Part shown: piece after piece, positions 29,176-37,751 of the stretch
Layout of the letters: each line of letters starts with the position of its first letter
Position numbering within the stretch: position 1 is the first letter of the stretch
Source: Ekhidna sp.
Lineage (GTDB): Bacteria; Bacteroidota; Bacteroidia; Cytophagales; Cyclobacteriaceae
DNA length: 64,000 bases
Direction: 5' to 3'
Assembly: GCF_040220215.1 (NCBI RefSeq)
Contig: NZ_JAVJTR010000001.1
Coordinates: 974-64,973, forward strand
Notes under the pieces: generated by a model
What the model saw: only the letters and a program-made list of their open reading frames with translations
The model's database searches: none
Told to the model about the DNA's origin: nothing
Made by a program: the position numbers and the translations under genes

Positions 29176-29970
29176 CTATGAAATGTTATTTGCCTCTTTA
29201 ATATAAACCTCAAGCGCGCCTGTCATGGACGGAGCGTTTGGCAATGGTGCCTGTATATCCAACACCAAACCGGCATCTTTTACCGCCTTAGATGTGGTAG
29301 GCCCGAAAGCAGCAATTCTTGTATTGTTCTGCTTGAAGTCAGGGAAATTCTGCAAAAGAGACTCGATTCCGGAAGGGCTAAAAAACGCAATCACATCATA
29401 AAACACATCATCCAAATCTGAAAGATCTGAAGCCACCGTTCTGTAGATGGTTGCTTCTGACCACTCATATCCATTTTCATTGAGGAAGTCCGGAATATGC
29501 TCAGTTCTGATATTTGAGCACGGGAAAATGAATTTCTCTCCTTTGTGCTTTTTAATCACATTAAGCAAATCTTGAGCTGTGCGCTCTCCGGTAAAGATTT
29601 TTCTTTTTCTTATGACGATGTATTTCTGGAGATAATTCGCAGTTGTTTCAGAAATACAGAAGTATTTCATATCGGTTGGAATTTCGATCTTGCTCTCTGT
29701 CGCTAATCTGAAAAAATGATCAACAGCATTTCGGCTTGTGAAAATTACTGCCGTATGATCAAGGATGTTTACTTTTTGCTTTCTAAACTCCTTTATGTCT
29801 ACAGGATCGATTTCGATGAATTGACGGAAGTCAATTTTCAATTTGTACTTTTCTGCTAATTTGTGATACGGTGAATTAGGGTCAGAAGGCTCGGGTTGTG
29901 ATACTAAAATACTCTTTACCTCTTTCAATCGCTCTTTATCCATTACCAAAAGATCATCAGTCGCACTCAT
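29176..29970 (-). CDS. hemD: Uroporphyrinogen-III synthase
   Basis: ILVSQPEP, VIFTSRNAVDHFF, FFSPSGI, AFGPTT. Confidence 0.88.
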   Translation of the reverse strand: MSATDDLLVMDKERLKEVKSILVSQPEPSDPNSPYHKLAEKYKLKIDFRQFIEIDPVDIKEFRKQKVNILDHTAVIFTSRNAVDHFFRLATESKIEIPTDMKYFCISETTANYLQKYIVIRKRKIFTGERTAQDLLNVIKKHKGEKFIFPCSNIRTEHIPDFLNENGYEWSEATIYRTVASDLSDLDDVFYDVIAFFSPSGIESLLQNFPDFKQNNTRIAAFGPTTSKAVKDAGLVLDIQAPLPNAPSMTGALEVYIKEANNIS

Positions 29971-29991
29971 GTATGTTTCCTCTTTATGTGA

Positions 29992-31074
29992 TTATTTGTA
30001 GAACCACCCTAGCAAAATAATGACAGGTATGATTTCCGTGGCACAAAGGTAGGAAATAATAACAAGTTTTTTACGTGGAGAATTATTAACAAACTTTAAT
30101 GTGAACCACACCACGAAGAGAATAATGATGATTGGAAACAAGATAAGAAACCCATCTGAAATCCATGATTGATCTGAGCTATTAACAATGAAATCTACAG
30201 TTAAGAAAGCTAAAAGAGGAAGTAGCAAAACAAAGTTGAAATTTACAAAATCAAACAGCTGGAAATTTCTCAACCCCCTGAACTTGAATAATTGAGCAAC
30301 AAGTGAAATCATCACCCACTTAAAAATAAAAAGAAAAAAAACACCTGCTGCCAGCCTAACCCATTGTACTAGATAGCCAACCAGAGTCGTTTGATTTTCA
30401 AAGAAATTTAAATCCAAAAGCGCATTCAGGTACACTCCGACAAAGGATAAAGCCAATGAGTATAACACAAGCAAATACATGCTGGCACCATTAAAAAAAC
30501 CTGTGTTTACAAATTCGTATGCACTTACTTTGAAAGTAAATGTTTTCTCTAACAGGTATGCCATTCTTGAAGGGTAATTGGAAGTGATAATTCCAACTAA
30601 TACCAACAGAATGATCAAGGTAATAATGGTGAATTCTATAAATATACTTCTGGGCTCACGTGGGCTAGCTACCTGGTCTTTAATTACAGTCAGTTGCTCA
30701 AATATCACCAAATCACACGTCAGGTCTTCAAGCGAGCTTTTCGAACTCAATGAAATATATATGGTATCAGATTTAACACCACTAAACAGATCAGATGGAT
30801 TGAAAAACTCACACTCCTTCAAAGTGGTAAGCAGCCTTCCATTAACCCACACAAAAAGTTCATAAGGGTTACAAATTCGCACCTGACCACTTGGTCTTCC
30901 ATTCATGAAAAATCCTGCCTGATTAATTCCTTCTAAAGCAGTGATGGGATCCACATTCCCATCCGAATCAGCTCTGACCATCACTTTGGTATAGTCAATA
31001 ACTGTGATAGTGTCCTGCTGAGTGAAGCCAGTAAAAAAGACTACAAAAAGTAAAATCGTTATTACTATCCTCAT
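29992..31074 (-). CDS. DUF4271-family membrane protein
   Basis: Multi-TM C-terminus ending YLCATEIIP; usual neighbour of hemD. Confidence 0.75.
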   Translation of the reverse strand: MRIVITILLFVVFFTGFTQQDTITVIDYTKVMVRADSDGNVDPITALEGINQAGFFMNGRPSGQVRICNPYELFVWVNGRLLTTLKECEFFNPSDLFSGVKSDTIYISLSSKSSLEDLTCDLVIFEQLTVIKDQVASPREPRSIFIEFTIITLIILLVLVGIITSNYPSRMAYLLEKTFTFKVSAYEFVNTGFFNGASMYLLVLYSLALSFVGVYLNALLDLNFFENQTTLVGYLVQWVRLAAGVFFLFIFKWVMISLVAQLFKFRGLRNFQLFDFVNFNFVLLLPLLAFLTVDFIVNSSDQSWISDGFLILFPIIIILFVVWFTLKFVNNSPRKKLVIISYLCATEIIPVIILLGWFYK

Positions 31075-32688
31075 TTAAAATCTAGATATATACCCAAAGT
31101 GTGCTTTCATGGTTGAAAAGGAAATCGATTGGTCTTTTGAATGGCCAACTCCAATCGCAAAGCTAAATTGGCCTGCTGAAGTAGCAAGTGCAAATCCAAA
31201 GCCAATTCCGGACGGATAATCTTTCAAACTTCCCCTTTGATAAAGCATCTGATCATAAAAAAGATAAGCATAGCTTTCCTCTTCGAAGAAGGAACGAAAC
31301 TCAGCCCGACTCAATAAATAGTGTCTTGCAAAAACTGATTTTTCATTAAACCCACGCAGTGAGGTCAGGCCTCCAATTCTGTAAAGTTCATTCCTTAACA
31401 GTTGATCATTTTGAGTGAATCCGGTAGAGATATGATGAAAGAAGGATTGTCTTTTTAACATCCTTACCTGGTAGGCGATCTCACTTTCAAACTGATAAAA
31501 GTTGGTCGAAAGCTCTAATGAATCATAATAAGAATCAGGCACATTCAGGTTTCGATCTACTTCTTTCCTGCCGGCCAACGATAATACACGCCACACCACT
31601 CCATCTTTCAATTTTCCTAATGTAAATAAGTCTCCCTGCGAAAACTGGACGCTATACGTAGCACGAGTAAACCCTGCAAGTCCGGACTGCTCCAGCATAT
31701 TTAAATCTGTTGATAGCAAAGTTCCTTTATTCTGCTCATAAGCCAGTGCCAGTTCAATTCGGGGAGCGATATAGGTATGAATCCCCAGCCCTAATTTTCT
31801 TGTGAGAAATGTGGTGTCCTGTTTCAACAAATCAAACCGAAAGGAGGGAGAGATTTTAGAGTCGAGAAAAAAGGGATGCTTGTAAAAAACATTGAGTCGT
31901 TGTGACTGTTCTGAAAATCGCTCCCACGAAAAAGTGAATTGTTTTCCCGACCTGAAAAGATTTTGAAGATCCAACTCTAAACTTCCAACTGCAGAAGCTT
32001 TACCATTGGCATCTTGTTGTAAACCAAGAACTCCCTGAAAAGAACTGGCAGCTTCCTCTTTTACATCTAGAAAAACTTTTGCCTTGTTGTTTTTGAATGA
32101 TAAATCGACAGGTCTCTGCAAACTCAGATATGGAGATCGTTGAACTTTTTTTGGGATTTGTCCATACGCACGTTCACTAAAATTATCCTCAGGAACTATG
32201 TCCAGCAACTGATAGATATACCCTTTGCCTGTTTTTGTTTCCTTGAAGAAATAAGTTGAATCATAAGTGATCTCCGGACCAGGTTCTAGTAACAGCTTTC
32301 CAGTCAGTCGACCGTCACTCATTCTGGCAGAATCCAATGCAACAGACACGAACGGATAGCCATGATTTGCATATTGCTGTACCTGTTTCGATAAGTAAGC
32401 CTGAAGTTTTCTACCCCGATAATCTGACAATGCAACACGGTGCGCTGCACCTTTGTGCAAATAAATGAGTGAGATACTGTCCTTTCGGAATACAGAATCA
32501 ATTCCCGAAAAATAATACCCTTGATTGACCCATCTCAGCTGAAGCTTCTGCACATAATTTTTAAGGTCAAGTGTGTCAGCAAGTGTTTGACGTTCAAAAG
32601 GCTCACCGTCTACAAATAGCTGTGATTTTACCTGGGCCTGTACCGTGCTGGCACACACAAAAACCAATAGAATTAACATTCTTTGCAT
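31075..32688 (-). CDS. Omp85/TamA-like outer-membrane protein with POTRA-like domains
   Basis: GYPFV, RIGGLTSLRGFNE loop-6 motif, C-terminal HFGYISRF; start refined to ATG 32688. Confidence 0.8.
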   Translation of the reverse strand: MQRMLILLVFVCASTVQAQVKSQLFVDGEPFERQTLADTLDLKNYVQKLQLRWVNQGYYFSGIDSVFRKDSISLIYLHKGAAHRVALSDYRGRKLQAYLSKQVQQYANHGYPFVSVALDSARMSDGRLTGKLLLEPGPEITYDSTYFFKETKTGKGYIYQLLDIVPEDNFSERAYGQIPKKVQRSPYLSLQRPVDLSFKNNKAKVFLDVKEEAASSFQGVLGLQQDANGKASAVGSLELDLQNLFRSGKQFTFSWERFSEQSQRLNVFYKHPFFLDSKISPSFRFDLLKQDTTFLTRKLGLGIHTYIAPRIELALAYEQNKGTLLSTDLNMLEQSGLAGFTRATYSVQFSQGDLFTLGKLKDGVVWRVLSLAGRKEVDRNLNVPDSYYDSLELSTNFYQFESEIAYQVRMLKRQSFFHHISTGFTQNDQLLRNELYRIGGLTSLRGFNEKSVFARHYLLSRAEFRSFFEEESYAYLFYDQMLYQRGSLKDYPSGIGFGFALATSAGQFSFAIGVGHSKDQSISFSTMKAHFGYISRF

Positions 32689-32713
32689 CGGTCTTTGCAA
32701 TTTAGCCCAAATC

Positions 32714-33850
32714 ATGGCTGGCATCTACATTCATATTCCATTTTGCCGACAGGCATGTCACTATTGTGACTTTCACTTTAGCACCAACCTCTCAAAACAG
32801 GAGGAGATAGTAGATGCAATCGCTCTGGAAATTGAAGAAAGGAAAGCGTATCTCAAAGAGGATGTGCAAACAATCTATTTCGGTGGGGGGACTCCATCAT
32901 TGCTTTCTTCTGCTCAGTTAGAAAAGCTTATTAAGGCTGTACTTGATAACTATAATGTCTCTGAAACAGCAGAAATTACCCTGGAAGCCAACCCGGAAGA
33001 TTTGACGAATGGTCATGCAAAAAGCATTCATCAACTTGGAGTAAACCGGCTAAGTATTGGCATTCAGACATTTGATGAGCAAAAGCTTCAATGGATGAAC
33101 CGTATTCACTCTTCAGATGAGGCCAGAACTGCCTTTGAATATGCTCGTTCTGCAGGTTTTCAAAATATTTCGCTGGATCTGATTTATGCGATTCCTGACC
33201 ATAACCGGGAAGCATGGCAACAAGATTTGAATCAAATAACCAAAATGAATCCTGAACACATTTCATTGTACGGTCTCACGATTGAGGACAAGACGGTTTT
33301 TGGAAAGTGGGAGCGAGAGAATAAGCTGATACAAGTGCCGGAAGATGAGGCTGCTGCTCAATATCTGTTCGCAATTGATTTCCTGAAGTCCAAAGGATAC
33401 CGGCAGTATGAAGTTTCAAATTTTGGAAAGGATGGCTGCCATTCACGTCACAACCATGCGTATTGGGCAGGTGTTCCTTATATAGGTGTGGGGCCTGGGG
33501 CACATTCTTTTGATGGCGCATTTACGCGAAGCTTTAATGTCAGGAACAATGCAAAATATCTAAAGGCTATAAACGAGAAATTGGAATACACAGAAAAGGA
33601 ACAGCTTTCGGAAATACAGCGCATCAATGAGCGAATCCTCACTGAGCTGAGAACTGCCAATGGAATTGACCTGAAGGCACTAGCCAAACTGAGTGGAGCA
33701 AACATTGCAGAGATTCATTCAGGTTTTTTGAAACAGATGGCTGATCAGAATTTGATTGAGCTAACAAATGATAACCTGCGATTGCTGCCACAGGGTTTTT
33801 TGGTCGCGGATGAAGTTGCGTTGCGGCTGTTTTTTTCGGAAGGTGAATGA
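32714..33850 (+). CDS. hemW: Radical SAM heme chaperone HemW
   Basis: GIYIHIPFCRQACHYCDF, YFGGGTPS, YEVSNF, GVGPGAHS; start refined from 32645. Confidence 0.93.
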   Translation: MAGIYIHIPFCRQACHYCDFHFSTNLSKQEEIVDAIALEIEERKAYLKEDVQTIYFGGGTPSLLSSAQLEKLIKAVLDNYNVSETAEITLEANPEDLTNGHAKSIHQLGVNRLSIGIQTFDEQKLQWMNRIHSSDEARTAFEYARSAGFQNISLDLIYAIPDHNREAWQQDLNQITKMNPEHISLYGLTIEDKTVFGKWERENKLIQVPEDEAAAQYLFAIDFLKSKGYRQYEVSNFGKDGCHSRHNHAYWAGVPYIGVGPGAHSFDGAFTRSFNVRNNAKYLKAINEKLEYTEKEQLSEIQRINERILTELRTANGIDLKALAKLSGANIAEIHSGFLKQMADQNLIELTNDNLRLLPQGFLVADEVALRLFFSEGE

Positions 33851-33897
33851 TCTAAGAAAATTTAGCTTCTCTAAAATATTCAAAAAAAACAAAAAAC

Positions 33898-34013
33898 CGT
33901 CATTCAGAGGCTCATAGGGCTGGTTGCAGCGGGGCAGCCGTGGAATCTCCTCGAATTGAAAGACTCCACGCCTTTCTCCATCGCACTTCCCAACAGAAAG
34001 GCTCTGAGTGACG
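33898..34013. repeat. CGTC-tagged multi-stem palindromic (REP-like) element
   Basis: Outer arms CGTCATTCAGAG/CTCTGAGTGACG; inner stems GGCTG/CAGCC, CGTGGAATCT/AGACTCCACG and GCCTTTCT/AGAAAGGC. Confidence 0.7.
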
Positions 34014-34041
34014 TTAGCTAGGTTTTTTGCTTTTTATTGAT

Positions 34042-34068
34042 CCTAGCCTACCCTCTCCAAAGAGAGAG
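34042..34068 (-). repeat. CTCTC...GAGAGGG-type short palindromic repeat
   Basis: Minus strand CTCTCTCTTTGGAGAGGGTAGGCTAGG; same architecture as 55277-55304. Confidence 0.45.
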
Positions 34069-34167
34069 ATTTGGCTGCTTAACTTAATAGCATCAGTGTT
34101 TGATATTTTGAAATTCACTTCATGCATCTACCTTTGAAAATAGCTAGGGATAATGCACGTTAAGCCC

Positions 34168-34175
34168 TACTTTTG
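34168..34175 (+). promoter_or_regulatory. Sigma-A -7 box (a second one lies at 34129-34136)
   Basis: TACTTTTG 9 nt before ATG 34185; TACCTTTG further upstream with TTTG 18 nt before it. Confidence 0.5.
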
Positions 34176-34184
34176 CGAACGCAA

Positions 34185-34550
34185 ATGGACGCAACTACTA
34201 AAAAAGCCCTTCTATTACTTAAGTCCCTGATTTTTCATTATCACGGTCTGGACGATGAGGAACGTGAAATGCTGGAGGATGCTGCCGTAAAATTGCAGGC
34301 TTCAGAAGAAATGGAATGGGCCAATAAGTTTATTGCCCAGGATTACCTTTCTGCATTTGAGCGTTCACGCGAATTCCTTTACAAGATCTTCTCGAAAATG
34401 AGCGAACCGGATCGCATCAAATATTTACTGGAGGTGTGGGAAGAGACCCACAAAAAAGGTTACGTGACCGAAATGGAAACCACGGCTATTCTTACGCTAT
34501 CCAAAGACTGGCATGTAGAAAAAGCTTTTCTGGAAGAGGTGAAGGATTAA
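34185..34550 (+). CDS. Hypothetical all-helical protein, possibly TerB-like fold
   Basis: DGLDDEERE-type and KKGYVTEMET segments recall TerB DG..E motifs; start refined from TTG 34173. Confidence 0.6.
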   Translation: MDATTKKALLLLKSLIFHYHGLDDEEREMLEDAAVKLQASEEMEWANKFIAQDYLSAFERSREFLYKIFSKMSEPDRIKYLLEVWEETHKKGYVTEMETTAILTLSKDWHVEKAFLEEVKD

Positions 34551-34635
34551 ATCATTCCGTATGCCCTTGCGGAAACCTTTAAAAAGGGTTGGAGACTTGG
34601 GCATCTTCTGCTTTAAAAAAATGAATAGACCACTG

Positions 34636-34680
34636 AGATTCCCATGTCTCGTTCGTGCCTCACTTCGCAAGGGAATACGG
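34636..34680 (+). repeat. AGATTCCC...GGGAATACGG repeat, copy 1
   Basis: Shares AGATTCCCATGxCTCG and GGGAATACGG with 59531-59582. Confidence 0.7.
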
Positions 34681-34726
34681 GGTTTTTTTGACAGCTGTGC
34701 CTTATCAGGAAGGATTTAGAGTGGTG

Positions 34727-35104
34727 TCAATACTTATATGAGTTGAAAAGCCATACTTTTCGCTCTTGGCCTGAAACAATTGCTTGATACACCGCCATTG
34801 GTATTCCTATCACTCCAACAAAAGCTGAAGTTGCATAAACATCTGCAATCCTAAAAATATAATCCCATACAAGCATTACCATTCCAGCAGTTCCAGCGAG
34901 CAAAATAAGTGATGCAACTAATGCCACTATTTTATTCTTTTCAGCTCTAATATCATTCACATGATATTTATTTGATGTGTTACAATTAGTACATCTCAAT
35001 TCGATCTTTTCATTTAGCTTTTTTGCCAGTGCAAAGCGGTCACTTACCCAGGCAGAGAAGTTGATTTCTTCTCTACATTTAGAACATCTTGTGTAGAGTT
35101 TCAT
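34727..35104 (-). CDS. Zinc-ribbon plus 2-TM hypothetical membrane protein
   Basis: CSKC...CTNC, then two hydrophobic helices. Confidence 0.7.
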   Translation of the reverse strand: MKLYTRCSKCREEINFSAWVSDRFALAKKLNEKIELRCTNCNTSNKYHVNDIRAEKNKIVALVASLILLAGTAGMVMLVWDYIFRIADVYATSAFVGVIGIPMAVYQAIVSGQERKVWLFNSYKY

Positions 35105-35120
35105 GACGCTTTAGATATTT

Positions 35121-35831
35121 TTACAAACTCATCATCTCCCTAAACCTTGCAGACTGGCGTCTGCTTACTTCGATTTTTTCTCCGCCTTTTAGCTGTACCA
35201 ATAAGCCACCATTAAACCAGGTGTCGATGGATTCCACCCAGCCGAGGTTAATGATGTGCTTTCTACTTGCACGGAAAAAGTGACGATCGTCCAGTCGTTC
35301 GTCCAGGGCGTTGAGTGACTTGTGAATCATTGGTTTGAACTTATCAAAATAGACTTTGATGTAGTTTCCATCCGACTCAAACAACCGAACGTCTTCCAGC
35401 TTCACAAACCAACATTTGTCCCCGTCTTTTACAAAGACCTGATCTTTACTGCTCAGCTTTTGATCTTTTGCCGTTTTCTTAGCGGCTTTGATAGACACCT
35501 TATTCAGGCTTTCAGTCAACCTTTCCGGCTGTATAGGCTTTAGCAAATAATCCAGCGCATTGTACTCGAAAGCTTTGAGTGCAAACTCATCATAAGCAGT
35601 GGTGAAAATGACCTGTGGCACACGCTCCATTTCTTCCAGCATCTCAAAGCCTGTTTTCCCCGGCATTTGAATATCCAAAAAGACTACATCAGGATCATGC
35701 TTTTCTATTTTCTCCATAGCCTCATCCGGATTGGCTGCCTCATCTACAATTTCAATCTCCGGGTGATTCGCTAAAAGGGAAGCCAGTTCCTTTCGTGCCA
35801 GTCGTTCATCATCTACAATTATTGCTTTCAT
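35121..35831 (-). CDS. LytTR-family response regulator
   Basis: REC domain (VDDE, LDIQMPG, FTTAY, LLKP) plus LytTR domain (FFRASRKHIINL). Confidence 0.96.
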   Translation of the reverse strand: MKAIIVDDERLARKELASLLANHPEIEIVDEAANPDEAMEKIEKHDPDVVFLDIQMPGKTGFEMLEEMERVPQVIFTTAYDEFALKAFEYNALDYLLKPIQPERLTESLNKVSIKAAKKTAKDQKLSSKDQVFVKDGDKCWFVKLEDVRLFESDGNYIKVYFDKFKPMIHKSLNALDERLDDRHFFRASRKHIINLGWVESIDTWFNGGLLVQLKGGEKIEVSRRQSARFREMMSL

Positions 35832-35851
35832 ACTTTTTGTTAGGTTCTAAG

Positions 35852-36895
35852 TTAATCCAATTCCCGCATTGATTGCTCAATAGGCGGAATAGTAATGGAT
35901 GTTAAAACGGTACTCTTATTTTCATTCTTTATTTCGAATTTGGCTGAATCACCAAATATCAATTCAAGACGTTTCTGGGTATTGGCCAGGCCAAAACCGC
36001 TTTCGATAGTCACATCGCCTGATAGCTGACCCGTATTACGGATTTGCAAGTGCAGTTGTTTTCTTTTTATGGTGGTCTTTATGCTGATCTCTCCACCGTG
36101 TTTCAAATTGGAAATTCCATGCTTAATTCCGTTCTCCACAAGCGTTTGTAGCATCAAAGGTGGTATCATGAATCTGCCTGAATTTCGATCGATATCAAAG
36201 TTGGTGGTAAGTCGCTCTTCGTACCTGATTGTTTCCAGCGCCAAATAATCCATCACCGTCTTTAACTCCTCCATAAATGGAATCAATTTCTTACGGTCAC
36301 TAATCAGGGAGTTTCTTAAAATATGGGATAGTTGAGTAATAGAATCCTTTGATTTTTGTGGGTTTTCATCCACCAGCGCACGTATACTGTTGAGTGCATT
36401 GAATATGAAATGAGGATTTAGCTGTGCTTTCAGATTATTGAGCTCCACCTCCCTGGCGGCAGTTTCTGCCTTTAGTGATTTATTATACCGCTCTACGTAA
36501 TGGAAGGCAAAATAGAAGATCGTCCAGATGAAATAAATCACCCAATAGCCGAGGGTATTGATCAGCACGGTAAGAAACATGAGGTCTTGCTTCGAAATAC
36601 TACCGGTGAAGTATTCGATGACCAACAGGTACCCATAATTCAGCCAACTAAGAACGAAAGCAGAAATTAAAAGGCGAGGGATAAGAAAAGTGAGCCTTAG
36701 ATTCAGCCAGCCTCTTTTGATAATCATTGACCGAAGAAGGTGTGTGGTCGCAATAAAATAGACCACCTGGTAGAAAACACCAAGGACTTGATTTACATCA
36801 AATCGGTTCGCGATGGTGTAAAGGAATATCTGGATGAAACCGTAAAGTCCCCAACCAAAAATCTGACACAGCCAGTATATCCTTGCTTTGTTCAT
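35852..36895 (-). CDS. LytS/YehU-type sensor histidine kinase
   Basis: Four TMs, LKAQLNPHFIFNALN, LQTLVENGIKHG, GFGLAN. Confidence 0.95.
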   Translation of the reverse strand: MNKARIYWLCQIFGWGLYGFIQIFLYTIANRFDVNQVLGVFYQVVYFIATTHLLRSMIIKRGWLNLRLTFLIPRLLISAFVLSWLNYGYLLVIEYFTGSISKQDLMFLTVLINTLGYWVIYFIWTIFYFAFHYVERYNKSLKAETAAREVELNNLKAQLNPHFIFNALNSIRALVDENPQKSKDSITQLSHILRNSLISDRKKLIPFMEELKTVMDYLALETIRYEERLTTNFDIDRNSGRFMIPPLMLQTLVENGIKHGISNLKHGGEISIKTTIKRKQLHLQIRNTGQLSGDVTIESGFGLANTQKRLELIFGDSAKFEIKNENKSTVLTSITIPPIEQSMRELD

Positions 36896-37022
36896 GAGCG
36901 GATAAAGCTAAACAAGTGGTGAATATTTAGCTCATTGAAGTTGCATGGGTGAAAAGATGCCTTGATGAGTGGTTTTTAACAAAACATTAACTAATCCGAT
37001 CTTTTAATTAAGGATAATTAAC

Positions 37023-37047
37023 AAACCTGCCCGGTTATTCATCGTAT
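37023..37047 (+). promoter_or_regulatory. ECF-type promoter candidate (AAACC-N16-GTAT)
   Basis: Same -35 core and spacing as 7915-7940, 40 nt before ATG 37088. Confidence 0.4.
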
Positions 37048-37087
37048 TGATGATCAGGACTAAACTCAAAACAAATAAGGTTAATTT

Positions 37088-37390
37088 ATGAAATCAATAC
37101 TCTTACTGACACTACTAAGCGCCTCCATCACTCTGGGTGCTTCAGAAACTCAATTGCAAGCCGATCAAGGATTGAGCATGCAGCTGGAAACCGATTTGAT
37201 CTTCCAAAAAATGGTTAAAATCTATAGTTATGAAGGATCACTTATCAGGGAGTTTCCTTTGGACGATGTGGCAAACAACCAGATCAGCGTAGCAGATCAT
37301 ATCCTCCTAGAGGAAAGCGATTTTGCTTTCGACTATTTTGGTGACTACTACTATTTCGGGGATGCCAATGGTGCATCATTTCTTAATTGA
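37088..37390 (+). CDS. Small secreted acidic hypothetical protein
   Basis: N-terminal signal peptide, A-rich Bacteroidota-style leader. Confidence 0.7.
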   Translation: MKSILLLTLLSASITLGASETQLQADQGLSMQLETDLIFQKMVKIYSYEGSLIREFPLDDVANNQISVADHILLEESDFAFDYFGDYYYFGDANGASFLN

Positions 37391-37401
37391 ATGGGAAAGT
37401 C

Positions 37402-37436
37402 GAGATTCCCAAGTCTCACTCGAACCAGTTCGCAAG
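37402..37436 (+). repeat. Degenerate AGATTCCC-family repeat copy
   Basis: GAGATTCCCAaGTCTC...TTCGCAAG aligns with 34635-34671. Confidence 0.5.
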
Positions 37437-37537
37437 CCACCGTGTAAAAACACAAGTATTTAGATATAATTTTTTCTGGTTATATGTTACTGTTCAGAGG
37501 GCTTTAGGTCTGTTAACATCCAGAAGTCCATCTAGAG

Positions 37538-37571
37538 CAGCCTCGACGTGAATCGAGGCTGTTATTTTTTT
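37538..37571 (+). terminator. Intrinsic terminator
   Basis: CAGCCTCGA-cgtgaa-TCGAGGCTG followed by TTATTTTTTT. Confidence 0.85.
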
Positions 37572-37751
37572 ATTAGCCTCTTGTTTGTGGATGTTCCAAA
37601 GTCTGTGTTGAAAGCCTGATTTTTCTTCTATAATGTGTAAATGATGACCAGCAACTTTCGCAGAACGGCCACATATCCTTTTATTTTGATCTTTGTTCTT
37701 TCATATACGCTCATAAAACTGGTGAAAAGGTTTGGTTAATACGAGTTACAC

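Noticed and set aside
34561-34604. ATGCCC...GGGCAT hairpin after the TerB-like gene
   Set aside because: Imperfect stem without a clear U-tail; cannot call it a terminator or a repeat from one copy
34636-34680. Similarity to Neisseria dRS3 (ATTCCC-N8-GGGAAT)
   Set aside because: Spacers here are 27 and 34 nt, so only the arms match; probably convergent or a distant CGTC-class relation
37393-37447. Cobalamin-riboswitch-like words (GGGAA...TTCCC, GCCAC, TGTAA)
   Set aside because: Order and spacing do not match the B12 box, it lies downstream of a gene with no suitable regulated ORF, and it is better explained as an AGATTCCC-family repeat
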